Assembly: GCA_041663425.1 (NCBI GenBank)
Contig: JBAYMS010000001.1
Span: 8,884-72,883, forward strand
Source: Candidatus Omnitrophota bacterium
GTDB taxonomy: Bacteria; Omnitrophota; Gorgyraeia; 2-01-FULL-45-10
Reading direction: 5' to 3'
Length of the DNA stretch: 64,000 bases
Below, piece by piece: positions 48,746 through 58,329 of this stretch. A program made the position numbers and the translations under genes. The first letter of the stretch is position 1. Every line of letters begins with the position of its first letter. The notes under the pieces were generated by a model. The model did no database searches. It was not told the origin of the DNA and worked only from the letters and a program-made list of their open reading frames with translations.

Positions 48746-49833
48746 AACAAAAAAAACGGGAGGTGTGGGTGCATAAATATTTCGCAGTATTATTGGCATT
48801 TATTTTTGTATTATTTATTTCGCCAGCTGCATTATTGGCCGGTGAGAAATCGGCAGAAATAAAGAAGACGACATGGAATGATATCTTTTCCGGAGTGGTT
48901 GGAAATTACCCGCTTAGTATGGAACAGACCAGCCCTGAGCCAGCTCAAAAAAACAAGCTCAGCATACCGAAAAACTGGGAATTCAACGCGGAAATAAAAC
49001 GTTATCTTACAAGCCATACTTCGTATGAATTTGGAAGCCCTGAAGCTCCTTTTACAAAGCCGCTAAGCCGGCTCGAATTTCCAGTTAATACATGGTGGTT
49101 AAATCTTGATCTGCGCCGGACTTCTCCGCGATGGTCTGTCGGAGGCAGGGCAGGGTTAAGCCTTAACCGCAATTCAAACCAATGGATGGAGGATTCGGAT
49201 TGGGGCCCTTCCGGCAGCGTAAATGCGTTAACCAACTATTCCAGAAATTATTGTGATATAAGGAACGCATTCCTGTTCCGTGGAGATGTAGACGTGAATA
49301 TTTCGGACTGGCTGCGTCTGCCGTCCGCGTGGGAGATCAGACCGCTTTTTGCGTTCCAGTTCCAGAGGTTCAAAGCAGTGGCGCACGATGGTGTTCAGTG
49401 GAACTACGATAAAGATACTTCCGAGCCGCTGGACGGGGATGCCATAAGCTTCCGGCAGGATTGGTATACATATATGATCGGGCTCAGAGGCTCATATAGT
49501 AAGAATTTAAACAAGAATGTAACGATTAAACTCAGAGGAGAGGCTGATTGGGGACCTGCTGTCGGATATAACGAAGATCATCATCTTCTGCGCGGGAATA
49601 GGTTTACCTATGAAAAGACATCCGGCCAGGCTCTTTACTTCTCGACCGGACTGGACATGACCGTTTCAAAAACTATAACCATGGGTGTCGGTATAGACTA
49701 TCTGCAGATAAGAACTTCAGGTATACACAGATGGTGGGATACTGCAGAAGCCGCTGATCAATGCTGGTCAGACGGGGTGAAGGCCTGGTCCGATCAGTTC
49801 GGCCTGAGCACACACATATCGTATGCATTTTAA
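48742..49833 (+). CDS. Putative outer-membrane beta-barrel protein.
   Basis: Signal peptide, alternating amphipathic beta-strand-like segments, and a C-terminal ...HISYAF aromatic terminus. Start overlaps the upstream stop. Confidence 0.4.
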   Translation: MKQKKREVWVHKYFAVLLAFIFVLFISPAALLAGEKSAEIKKTTWNDIFSGVVGNYPLSMEQTSPEPAQKNKLSIPKNWEFNAEIKRYLTSHTSYEFGSPEAPFTKPLSRLEFPVNTWWLNLDLRRTSPRWSVGGRAGLSLNRNSNQWMEDSDWGPSGSVNALTNYSRNYCDIRNAFLFRGDVDVNISDWLRLPSAWEIRPLFAFQFQRFKAVAHDGVQWNYDKDTSEPLDGDAISFRQDWYTYMIGLRGSYSKNLNKNVTIKLRGEADWGPAVGYNEDHHLLRGNRFTYEKTSGQALYFSTGLDMTVSKTITMGVGIDYLQIRTSGIHRWWDTAEAADQCWSDGVKAWSDQFGLSTHISYAF

Positions 49834-49853
49834 AAGAGTGATATAATTAATAT

Positions 49854-50480
49854 ATGCTTATACTGATCGAGAAAATACCGTTTCACAGGCTTGGAGCGCT
49901 GATAGACGGTGTATTTGCGATAGTCATGACGATACTTGTCCTCGATATAAAAGTTCCTCATGACATGGCTGTATTTAAAAGTTTAAGTTTAGAGCACTTC
50001 CTCACCGGACAGTTCCAGGATATAGTTATCTACATGGTAGTCTTTATGGTCCTCGCGTATCTGTGGATAATAAATCACAGCGAGTCACACTTTATAAAAT
50101 TTACCGACTATGTCCACTTATGGCTTACCATACTATGTCTTATGTTCGTAGCGCTTCTTCCTTTCTCATCCGCTCTGGTGAATAAATATCCGCAAGATGA
50201 GATCGCGGAGCTGTTCCTTGCGGGGAATGTTCTGATAATAGGCATATTTAACTATATCAGCTGGGCATATATTATAAAGCGTCCGGCGCTGCTGGAGTCT
50301 ACGCTCACTGAGAAACAAACAGCCACAGAGAAGAAGAAGCTTCTGATAATGCCTCTTGTGGCCGTTATGGCAATGGCGGTTGCTCTTATATATCCCCTGG
50401 GGTCATCGTATACGCTTCTTTTAGCTCCGGTAGCAATGTTCTTTATGGAATTGCGATGGGGAGCTAGGAATAAAAGGTAA
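49854..50480 (+). CDS. DUF1211 / TMEM175-like membrane protein (putative cation channel family).
   Basis: RLGALIDGVFAIVMTILVLDI matches the DUF1211 signature (FSDGVFAIAITLLVLE). About six predicted TM segments. Confidence 0.55.
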   Translation: MLILIEKIPFHRLGALIDGVFAIVMTILVLDIKVPHDMAVFKSLSLEHFLTGQFQDIVIYMVVFMVLAYLWIINHSESHFIKFTDYVHLWLTILCLMFVALLPFSSALVNKYPQDEIAELFLAGNVLIIGIFNYISWAYIIKRPALLESTLTEKQTATEKKKLLIMPLVAVMAMAVALIYPLGSSYTLLLAPVAMFFMELRWGARNKR

Positions 50481-50609
50481 GGCATTGTATTTCTCTTCAA
50501 CATATGCTATACTATAGGTGAGGCCAAGGGAGAAGGGATTTAGACAGTAGCCCATAAGCCTCACAAGGTTTTGCCCATCTACCAAATACGGTATAAACAG
50601 AAAAGGTAG

Positions 50610-52148
50610 GTGGGTTTTCTTTTAGATAAAAACAGCACAATATCCGCATATCTGATGAATCAGGAACGAAAAAATATATTTTTCCTGCCTATTATTTCAA
50701 TAATCATTTTAGGGGCTATTTGTTATGCCGGCTCTCTGAATGGGAAATTTATACTGGATGATGAGCTTCTGGTAAAAGAGAACGCGCTCATAGCGAACAG
50801 GGCAGGTCCTGGTACATTTCTTTCTACCAATATCATGGCAGGGGCCGGCATGGTCTCCGCTTTTTACCGTCCATTGCAGATGATCACCTATGCGCTGGAT
50901 CATGCCATATGGGATCTTAATCCGTTCGGATATCATATTACTAATATATTTATTCATATTCTTACCGCACTATGCATATATTGGCTGATCAATATTTTAT
51001 ATAATGATAATAAATTATCCTTTTTAACCGCCGCATTATTCGTGGTTCATCCGATGCATACCGAAGCCGTAAGCTATATCTCTGGCAGGGCAGATCCTCT
51101 TTCCGCATTATCTATGCTTCTATGCGCGATAATATATATAAAACAAGTGAAGCTGGGCAGGGCAGGTGTTTCGGGCTGCGCACTGCTCATATTAACTTAT
51201 GTTTTAGCGCTTCTTTCGAAAGAGATGAGTGTGGTGCTGCCGCTACTGCTCCTTCTTTATCATTTTGTTTTCAAAAAGAAGGTGCGTTGGCCGGCATTTG
51301 TGTCTTTACTGAGCGTCCTGGCTGTCTATCTGTTAGTCAGGTTCACTTATCTTAGAGATATATCTTTTCCGACGAATATTGGGATCGATACGATGCTTAA
51401 CAGGATTCCCGGATTCTTCGCCGCAATACTGAATTATATAAAGCTTTTATTTGTGCCGATCCCGCTTCATATGGAATACGGGGCCAGACTGTTCCGATTT
51501 GCGGACCCAATAGTAGTTTCCGGCATGGTAGTAGTTTTTAATATACTCGTTTTTGCCTATACGAAAAGAAACAACAAGGTAGTCCTATTTTCAATAGGCT
51601 GGTTTTTTCTGGCCTTGCTTCCGTCGGCTAATTTATACAAAGTAAACGCATACATGGCGGAACATTTTCTTTATCTGCCTTCCATAGGATTTTTCCTGTT
51701 GGCAGCCTATGTTTTAACAAATATTTATAATAATAAAAGGTATAAAATTATCGGACTTGCGCTGATGGTGACTGCTATCTTATTTTATTCGGTCCTTACG
51801 ATAAAACAAAACGAATACTGGAGAGACCCTATAACATTTTACACAAGGACCATAGAATTTGCCCCACCCAGTGCGAACATTTATTATGGCCGTGGAATAA
51901 TTTATGATAAAAAAGGTGACTATGATAAAGCCATATCAGATTACACCATGGCTATTAAAATAAAACCTGACTATACGGATGCATACAATAATAGGGGTAT
52001 CGTCCACAGTAAAATGGGCAATTATGAACAAGCCATATCAGATTATGCTATGGCTATAAAGATAGATCCGGACTATATTCCCGCCCAGAAAAATCTTATA
52101 AAAGCACGTAAAGATAGCGGCAGGATTGCAGAGGGCCATAGCAGATGA
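50610..52148 (+). CDS. Polytopic membrane protein with C-terminal TPR repeats (DUF2723 / PMT_2-like glycosyltransferase-type). Paralog of the gene at 60284..61870.
   Basis: About 11 TM segments with the conserved blocks LDDELL and HPMHTEAVSYISGR. A C-terminal TPR run follows (YYGRGIIYDKKGDYDKAISDYTMAIKIKPDY...). Confidence 0.55.
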   Translation: MGFLLDKNSTISAYLMNQERKNIFFLPIISIIILGAICYAGSLNGKFILDDELLVKENALIANRAGPGTFLSTNIMAGAGMVSAFYRPLQMITYALDHAIWDLNPFGYHITNIFIHILTALCIYWLINILYNDNKLSFLTAALFVVHPMHTEAVSYISGRADPLSALSMLLCAIIYIKQVKLGRAGVSGCALLILTYVLALLSKEMSVVLPLLLLLYHFVFKKKVRWPAFVSLLSVLAVYLLVRFTYLRDISFPTNIGIDTMLNRIPGFFAAILNYIKLLFVPIPLHMEYGARLFRFADPIVVSGMVVVFNILVFAYTKRNNKVVLFSIGWFFLALLPSANLYKVNAYMAEHFLYLPSIGFFLLAAYVLTNIYNNKRYKIIGLALMVTAILFYSVLTIKQNEYWRDPITFYTRTIEFAPPSANIYYGRGIIYDKKGDYDKAISDYTMAIKIKPDYTDAYNNRGIVHSKMGNYEQAISDYAMAIKIDPDYIPAQKNLIKARKDSGRIAEGHSR

Positions 52149-53068
52149 AGCATCTTAATAAGATAGCCGGTTATTTTACGGAATATATGGTGGCATGGGT
52201 GGTTGTCGCCGTAGTGCTGGCATATATATTTCCATCTGCATTCATTCCTCTCAAACCTTATATAGACTGGCTATTTGCCTGCACCATGTTCGGCATAGGT
52301 GCGCTCCTTTCGGTAAAAGATTTCGAGCCAATAGTTAAAAAACCCAGGCTTGTTCTTTTAGGCATTCTGGCGCAATTTGCCATCATGCCGTTTGCAGCTT
52401 TTGTGATCGTGCGCATATTAAATCTTCCTCCCGCGATAGCATTCGGACTCATACTTGCCGGAGCGGTTCCCGACGCTATGGCCGCAGGTGTGATGTCTTA
52501 TATAGCGGAGGCGGATGTCGCGTTATCGGTAGCGCTTACTACAGGGACGACGTTAATCTCGCCATTGGTTACACCCGCGCTCATGTATATATTTGCCAGG
52601 GAATATATTCCGGTCCAGTTTTTCCCGATGTTCAAAAGCATAATGTTCATGGTTATTGTCCCGCTTTTCTTAGGACTTATGGTGCGGTATCGTTTCCAGA
52701 GGCATGTAGAAATGATACGTCCGGTATTTCCGGCCTTATCCACAATATTTATAGCGTTCATCTGCGGACTGGTAGTCGCGCTTAACAGAGATGCACTAGG
52801 TCAGATCACGGCGATAGTATTTTTTGCGGTCGTGCTTCTTAATCTGGCAGGATTGGTGTTGGGATATGGTGCGGGTCTGCTATTTAAATTTAACAAAAAA
52901 CAATGCCGCACTCTCGCCATAGGAGTGGGGATGCAGAATGCCGGTCTCGGCGCTGTTCTCGCGATAAAGTATGCCTCGCCCGAAGCTGCTATACCAAACG
53001 CGCTTTTCGCAACGTGGTGCATCGTCAGCGCGGCCATACTTGCCGGTGTGTGGAGCAGGAACGTATGA
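52145..53068 (+). CDS. Bile acid:sodium symporter (BASS/SBF) family transporter.
   Basis: MKHLNKIAGYFTEYMVAWVVV..., the GIGALLSVKDF region, and SBF-like core helices. Confidence 0.65.
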   Translation: MKHLNKIAGYFTEYMVAWVVVAVVLAYIFPSAFIPLKPYIDWLFACTMFGIGALLSVKDFEPIVKKPRLVLLGILAQFAIMPFAAFVIVRILNLPPAIAFGLILAGAVPDAMAAGVMSYIAEADVALSVALTTGTTLISPLVTPALMYIFAREYIPVQFFPMFKSIMFMVIVPLFLGLMVRYRFQRHVEMIRPVFPALSTIFIAFICGLVVALNRDALGQITAIVFFAVVLLNLAGLVLGYGAGLLFKFNKKQCRTLAIGVGMQNAGLGAVLAIKYASPEAAIPNALFATWCIVSAAILAGVWSRNV

Positions 53069-54969
53069 AGGTCTCCGATTATTTAATCAAGCATGAGAGC
53101 CTCATAGTTTCTATAGCAGCCGTGATTCTATCAGCGCTGTCTGCATTTGTATACGGTTATGAATATGGAATAACCCCAAACCATATACAATCGCTTCCTT
53201 TTATAGCAAAGATCCACGACCCATCTCTTTTTCCTAATGATTATTTTGTAAATACCTTAAGCCGGTTTCCGAGCGTTTACACATATATAATGGCGTATTT
53301 ATCTAACTGGATAAATCTGGAGATGCTGCACCTTGTGCTGTATTTCGTATTTAAATTTGCACTTTTTATATTTGCTTATCAGCTGGCCTGTTTTTTATTC
53401 CGGTCCAGGCGGACGGGGATAATAACCATGTTCCTTTTTGCTTTCTCTCCGCTTATTAACGCTTACGGCCTTTTAGGGCACGACCCTTTCATGAAAACAT
53501 CGTTTTATCAGACGAGCGCAGTCTCGCCGCTTGCCCTCGCAGCTATCCTGATGTTCCTGAGGAAAAAATACATGACGGCATATACTATTCTTGCCTGCAT
53601 ATACTATATAAATGCGCTCATAGGGAATTTTCTGATAATACTTTTTATCGCAGCGTCGGGATATGAGTATATGCGCAAAAGGAATTTCGCAGAGTTTAAG
53701 TATATAATGCGCCCCGCCTTGTTCTTCGCGGCATTGATGATACCCGGCATAGTATGGCTCACACACCTGAACATAACAAATCCGGCGCATGCAGCAGCAA
53801 ATTTCCCCTTATATCTTAAATTGTGGTATACGGGCCATTACTTTCCATCGTTCTTTACGGCACACCAGTGGTATCATTTTGCCGTCATATGTATATTTTT
53901 CATTATTTTTTTCCGGAAGGGATTCGGACGTTGCAGTGAAAAAGACACGGTGCGAGTGTTCATATATACACTCTTCGCAATGTGGCTATTCGCGGCCTTA
54001 TGCGCAGAGATCCTGCCGGTGCGGAGTTTTATACTGCTCCAGTTCCTGCGCAGCGACGTATTCTTTATAGTCCTGGGTATTATATTCGCGGCAGATTATA
54101 TAAGGTCGCTTCTATATGGTAAATCGTTGCGCAGTATAGCTATCGGCGGGCTTATGGTGCTTGCGCTGACAGAGTTTTCTCAGCCATCTTATATAGAATT
54201 TATACTGATAGCGCTTTTATTGACAGAATTTGAACTTCCAATAAAAAATTTTTTGAGAAAAGCAACGCAAGACCCCGAAGGATTGTTTAATCTTCTGTGG
54301 TTTTTCTTCACATTGGCTATAGTCGCGTTTTCTGCCGTTCCTATCCTGCTTCATAAAGCATCGCCAAAAATGAGCTGTTTTTTATTTTTCGCGGTAATGC
54401 TGATGGTGTCGGGAGATAAAAAAGCACCGCAGCGGTTTAAAAATTTAGTTGCCGCGCTGGTGCTCGCAGCGGCTGTATTTGCATATATTCATATAATCGA
54501 ATACAGAGCGGTGAGTATGAATTTTTCTAATATGCTCACTGAAAGCGATGCTGACTGGAAAAAAGTTCAGCTGTGGGCCAGAGACAACACCCCGGTTTCT
54601 TCGGTATTCATTGCACCGCTTAATATGAACGGCTTCCGCGTTTTCTCAAACCGCTCTGTATTTTTTGATTGGGTTGACGGTGCGGCCATGCACTGGTCTG
54701 CGGGTTTTGAATATGAGTGGGCGCAAAGGCTTTCGAGGCTCGGAATGGGCGAAGGCCTGACGAAAGACCGTGCCGGGCTTATCTGCGGAATGGGTGCTGC
54801 GAATGAAAAGCCTATACATAGGCTGATATACGAAAATCTGACAGAAAATGATTTCAGACATATCGCTGAAGAATGCGGTGCGGGATATGTTGTAGAGTAT
54901 GTCACCCGACCGCTTAATTTTAAAACTGTATACGAAAACGCAACATTCCGTATCTATCGGATAAGTTAA
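53065..54969 (+). CDS. Large polytopic membrane protein of unknown function. The likely start is ATG 53065 (MKVSDYL), not the ORF-track 52903.
   Basis: ATGA overlap with the upstream stop, and 12+ hydrophobic segments. The 52903..53064 extension overlaps the BASS gene in another frame. Confidence 0.5.
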   Translation: MKVSDYLIKHESLIVSIAAVILSALSAFVYGYEYGITPNHIQSLPFIAKIHDPSLFPNDYFVNTLSRFPSVYTYIMAYLSNWINLEMLHLVLYFVFKFALFIFAYQLACFLFRSRRTGIITMFLFAFSPLINAYGLLGHDPFMKTSFYQTSAVSPLALAAILMFLRKKYMTAYTILACIYYINALIGNFLIILFIAASGYEYMRKRNFAEFKYIMRPALFFAALMIPGIVWLTHLNITNPAHAAANFPLYLKLWYTGHYFPSFFTAHQWYHFAVICIFFIIFFRKGFGRCSEKDTVRVFIYTLFAMWLFAALCAEILPVRSFILLQFLRSDVFFIVLGIIFAADYIRSLLYGKSLRSIAIGGLMVLALTEFSQPSYIEFILIALLLTEFELPIKNFLRKATQDPEGLFNLLWFFFTLAIVAFSAVPILLHKASPKMSCFLFFAVMLMVSGDKKAPQRFKNLVAALVLAAAVFAYIHIIEYRAVSMNFSNMLTESDADWKKVQLWARDNTPVSSVFIAPLNMNGFRVFSNRSVFFDWVDGAAMHWSAGFEYEWAQRLSRLGMGEGLTKDRAGLICGMGAANEKPIHRLIYENLTENDFRHIAEECGAGYVVEYVTRPLNFKTVYENATFRIYRIS

Positions 54970-55045
54970 AAATAAAATTTAAGTTCGATGAAACTTTTTT
55001 ATCCAATCTCTTGTCTAATATTCGAAGCCTACGCCAGGAGACATA

Positions 55046-55134
55046 GGCACTTAGCTAACTGTGTGGCTGAATAAACTTGGCTGATGTCAGAGACATCAGC
55101 ACTTAGTCAGCAGCGTGGCTGAATAAACTTGGAG
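55046..55134 (+). repeat. Two tandem diverged copies of the ~35-nt motif seen at 37088, separated by a perfect hairpin.
   Basis: Copy 1 is gcacttagctaactgtgtggctgaataaacttggc; copy 2 is gcacttagtcagcagcgtggctgaataaacttggag. Between them lies ctgatgtc-aga-gacatcag. GGAGG follows copy 2 just before the start codon. Confidence 0.4.
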
Positions 55135-55716
55135 GGATTGGATATGTTAAAACAAATACTAAAATGTAAGGTAACGACGGCTCTTTGTTTGGCGCTGGTT
55201 TTATGCTCTCAGGAAGCATTTGCCAGAGGGGGAGGCGGGCCCGGACCTGAGCCGCGGCATCGCGGAGATTATTATTATCGCGGAGATCAGTTGTATAGGC
55301 ATGGATGGCTAGGGTTTGATATTGCTGTTGCGGCGCTGACTATAGGCGCAATAGTAGATTCTCTTCCGCCAAGGTATAACACGGTTGTGGTCGGAGGGGT
55401 GCCGTACTACTATTATGGGAATGCCTACTATAGGCCATGTCCGGGCGGTTACGTTGTTGTTCCGCCGCCTATTGCAACTCAACCCATTATAGTAGCGTCT
55501 GAAGCGGTCCAGCCGGTTACCGTGGTTACTCCGGTGGTCGCTGCTCAAACTCAGGCCCAGACCGCTGAAACGGTGACAATCAATATCCCCAGTTCAAAAG
55601 GCGGGTATAAAGCGATATCGCTCAAAAAATCAGGCAACGGGTTTATCGGGCCTCAGGGCGAGTATTATTATGAGCATCCCACAGTTGAGCAGTTAAAAAC
55701 ATTGTATGGAAGTTAA
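55129..55716 (+). CDS. Secreted Tyr/Gly/Pro-rich hypothetical protein. The likely start is MLKQ, the ATG at about 55144.
   Basis: Signal peptide (ALCLALVLCSQEAFA) and repeats such as GDYYYRGDQLYRHGW and GVPYYYYGNAYYRPCPGGY. Confidence 0.45.
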   Translation: MEGLDMLKQILKCKVTTALCLALVLCSQEAFARGGGGPGPEPRHRGDYYYRGDQLYRHGWLGFDIAVAALTIGAIVDSLPPRYNTVVVGGVPYYYYGNAYYRPCPGGYVVVPPPIATQPIIVASEAVQPVTVVTPVVAAQTQAQTAETVTINIPSSKGGYKAISLKKSGNGFIGPQGEYYYEHPTVEQLKTLYGS

Positions 55717-55742
55717 AAACAGAAATAAAAAAGGAGGGCACC

Positions 55743-56288
55743 ATGAAGTATATTATGGGTATTCTGATAGTGTTGTGTTGTGCGGTAGCGATGGTATCGT
55801 CGAGCGTATTTGCCAACGAGTGTCCTATGGGTAAAGACGGGGTTGGGCCCCAGTATGGGAAAATGGCCCGTGGTATGGACAAGGACAACATCTTTTTTTA
55901 TAAAGCGCATTTCGTTATGGAAAATGCGGCCGAGCTGGGTTTAAGTAACGAACAGATAGAAAAAATAAAAACGCTTAAATACGGCATCGAAAAAAATAGC
56001 ATAAAGAAAGATGCAGATATAATGATCCTTGCCCTTGATATTAAAGAGGCGCTTGGCAAAGACGAGACAGATATTAATGCTGTAAATGCTCTCATAGACC
56101 AGAAATATGCGCTGAAAGCTCAGAAGGCGAAAGAAGAGATGGATGCATGCGTAAGCCTTAAGAAGATCCTGACTCCTGAGCAGCTCAAAAAAATGAAAGA
56201 GATGCATCGGAAAGGCCCTAAGGGATGGGGCAAAGGCCCTGATGCGGCAAAAGTGCCTATGGCTGAAATGGAAGAGCGCGGCGAATAA
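55743..56288 (+). CDS. Periplasmic Spy/CpxP-family (LTxxQ motif) chaperone-like protein.
   Basis: Signal peptide; helical K/E-rich body carrying LTPEQLKKMKEM. Confidence 0.55.
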   Translation: MKYIMGILIVLCCAVAMVSSSVFANECPMGKDGVGPQYGKMARGMDKDNIFFYKAHFVMENAAELGLSNEQIEKIKTLKYGIEKNSIKKDADIMILALDIKEALGKDETDINAVNALIDQKYALKAQKAKEEMDACVSLKKILTPEQLKKMKEMHRKGPKGWGKGPDAAKVPMAEMEERGE

Positions 56289-56307
56289 AAAAATAATACT
56301 GTAAGCG

Positions 56308-56338
56308 GGGCCGGGCAAAACGCCCGGCCCTTTTTGTT
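56308..56338 (+). terminator. Rho-independent terminator.
   Basis: A perfect 9-bp GC stem GGGCCGGGC-aaaac-GCCCGGCCC followed by TTTTTGTTT. Confidence 0.7.
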
Positions 56339-56396
56339 TATGACAGCTAAAAATACTTGCATAGTCGCAAAGATGTGATATAATTATTATGAACAT

Positions 56397-56723
56397 ATGT
56401 TCATAATAGAGGATATGATGAGACCGAAAAAAACGAGATGGATAAAGTGCCTGCCCGGCGAAAGATGTTTTAAACCGATGTGCAAACCTTTAAACAAAGT
56501 TAAATGTGTTTGTCTGACCCTGGACGAGTTTGAGGCTGTTAGGTTGGCCGACCTGGAAGGTATGGAACAGGCTGAGGCTGCCAAAATGCTTAAAATATCA
56601 AGACCGACATTCTCGAGGATAGCGGCTTCCGCCCGCAAAAAAATCGCTGACGGACTGGTAAATATCAAAGCTATCAGGATAGAAGGCGGCTGCTGCAAAG
56701 TCGTAAGGAGAAAAATAAGATGA
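56397..56723 (+). CDS. DUF134-family predicted DNA-binding protein (sigma-70 region-4-like HTH).
   Basis: LTLDEFEAVRLADLEGMEQAEAAKMLKISRPTFSRI is the DUF134 HTH core. Sits upstream of the permease. Confidence 0.55.
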   Translation: MFIIEDMMRPKKTRWIKCLPGERCFKPMCKPLNKVKCVCLTLDEFEAVRLADLEGMEQAEAAKMLKISRPTFSRIAASARKKIADGLVNIKAIRIEGGCCKVVRRKIR

Positions 56724-58024
56724 AAGATTTGAAGAAATTCTGGTGGCTCGTAGGTATATTCATAGTGATGTACTTTCTGCCGCTGGGTAACCCCAAGGTA
56801 TCGAACGCCATCTTTGAGGCGTTTAAGCTTCTTCAATGGTATGTCATTAACCATACACTAGCCTGTGTTGTTCCAGCCATGTTCATAGCAGGGGCTATAT
56901 CGACGTTTTTGTCGCAGGCCTCAGTAATGAGATATCTCGGACCGGATGCGAATCGACCACTAGCTTATACGGTAGCGTCTGTCTCAGGGATTATCCTCGC
57001 GGTATGCTCATGCAGTGTGCTTCCGATGTTTGCGGGTATTTATACTATGGGAGCAGGTCTTGGGCCCGCAAGCGCTTTTCTTTATTCAGGCCCGGCGATA
57101 AATGTTATGGCTGTATTTCTTTCTGCGCGCGTTCTAGGGTTTGATATAGGACTGGCCAGGGCTATTGGTGCGATCGGTTTTGCCTTTATCATAGGTCTTT
57201 CTATGGCATTTATATTTAGGAAGTCGGAGCACGTGCGTAATAAAGCCGCTATGGCTCTGCCGCCAGCCCCGAAACCTACCAGACAACTCTGGAAGACAGG
57301 TCTTTACTTCTTCTGTATGATAATGTTCCTTGTCTTTAGCGATTGGTATAACACTAACGACGTCACTCTTAATTTGAAAACCGGCACTACAATGAAAGCA
57401 AGCATACAATACTCAACACAGGATTTCATCGAAGTAAAAGAATATAAGGCCGACGGGATGATAGCTATAGATGCTGTGCGCCTTGACCGTAAAGATATTG
57501 CTAAAATAACCCCGGAAGATAATTTCGTAATGAGGGTACACGCTATTAAGTGGTACCTTGCCGGTCTTATGTTGTTAGCTATCCTGATCATGCTAAAAAA
57601 ATGGTTTACTCGTGCTGAGATAAAAGAGTGGATGACTGCAACCTGGGATTTTGGGATGATGATCGTTCCTCTTCTTTTTGGAGGCGTATTTGTAACAGGA
57701 TTTATCGGCGGAATTATGCCGGAGAAGGCAGTGGCTACTTTTGTGGGAGGCAACGGATTCTTCTCAAACCTTGTTGCGTCTGTCATAGGCTCACTCTGGT
57801 ATTTTGCGACGCTAACCGAGATACCGATCACCGAAATGCTGATGCGTCTGGGGATGGGCAAAGGACCTGCGCTTGCGCTTCTTCTGGCTGGCCCGGCATT
57901 GTCGCTCCCGAGCATTTTAGTCATTAACAAAATATTAAAGTGGCGGAAAACACTTATATTCTGTTTGCTTGTAGTTGGATTTTCTACTATCGTGGGATAT
58001 ATCTTTGGAATGATAGCACATTAA
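56720..58024 (+). CDS. COG0701/DUF318 permease, ArsP-like (putative organoarsenical/thiol-compound permease).
   Basis: Polytopic, with a membrane CSCS motif (ILAVCSCSVLPMF) resembling the ArsP TPFCSCS motif. Followed by TIGR00412-like thioredoxin genes. Confidence 0.6.
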   Translation: MKDLKKFWWLVGIFIVMYFLPLGNPKVSNAIFEAFKLLQWYVINHTLACVVPAMFIAGAISTFLSQASVMRYLGPDANRPLAYTVASVSGIILAVCSCSVLPMFAGIYTMGAGLGPASAFLYSGPAINVMAVFLSARVLGFDIGLARAIGAIGFAFIIGLSMAFIFRKSEHVRNKAAMALPPAPKPTRQLWKTGLYFFCMIMFLVFSDWYNTNDVTLNLKTGTTMKASIQYSTQDFIEVKEYKADGMIAIDAVRLDRKDIAKITPEDNFVMRVHAIKWYLAGLMLLAILIMLKKWFTRAEIKEWMTATWDFGMMIVPLLFGGVFVTGFIGGIMPEKAVATFVGGNGFFSNLVASVIGSLWYFATLTEIPITEMLMRLGMGKGPALALLLAGPALSLPSILVINKILKWRKTLIFCLLVVGFSTIVGYIFGMIAH

Positions 58025-58067
58025 ATATCAGTATCTGTATGTAATAATCTTTGCAAGTATCTACTAA

Positions 58068-58313
58068 ATGGAGGAGAGGATGAAAATTGAAATATTAGGA
58101 GTTGGTTGCCCGAAATGCAAACAGCTTACCGCCAATGCTGAAGCAGCGGTGCAAGAGTTAAATATTCAGGCCGAAATCGGTAAAGTCACCGATATTGTCA
58201 AAATTACAGAATATGGGATCATGATGACTCCGGCATTAGCGATCGATGGTACTGTTGTATCTGTGGGTAAGGTATTAAGTAAAGATGAGATCAAAAAGAT
58301 TATATCAAAATAA
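58068..58313 (+). CDS. Thioredoxin-fold 'redox-active disulfide protein 2'-like small protein (CPKC). The likely start is MKIEILG at 58080.
   Basis: KIEILGVGCPKCKQL...IDGTVVSVG. This family typically accompanies COG0701 permeases. Confidence 0.55.
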   Translation: MEERMKIEILGVGCPKCKQLTANAEAAVQELNIQAEIGKVTDIVKITEYGIMMTPALAIDGTVVSVGKVLSKDEIKKIISK

Positions 58314-58329
58314 ATACAGGGGAGGGTAA

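Noticed and set aside
50481-50609. A long-range inverted repeat (GTGAGGC...GCCTCAC) upstream of the TPR-membrane gene. Considered as a riboswitch.
   Set aside because: Large unstructured loop, no known riboswitch consensus, and the downstream gene is not a typical riboswitch target.
52903-53064. An N-terminal extension of the 688-aa ORF (start at 52903).
   Set aside because: It overlaps the BASS transporter gene in another frame. An ATG at 53065 forms an ATGA overlap with the upstream stop and begins a sensible MKVSDYL... membrane protein.
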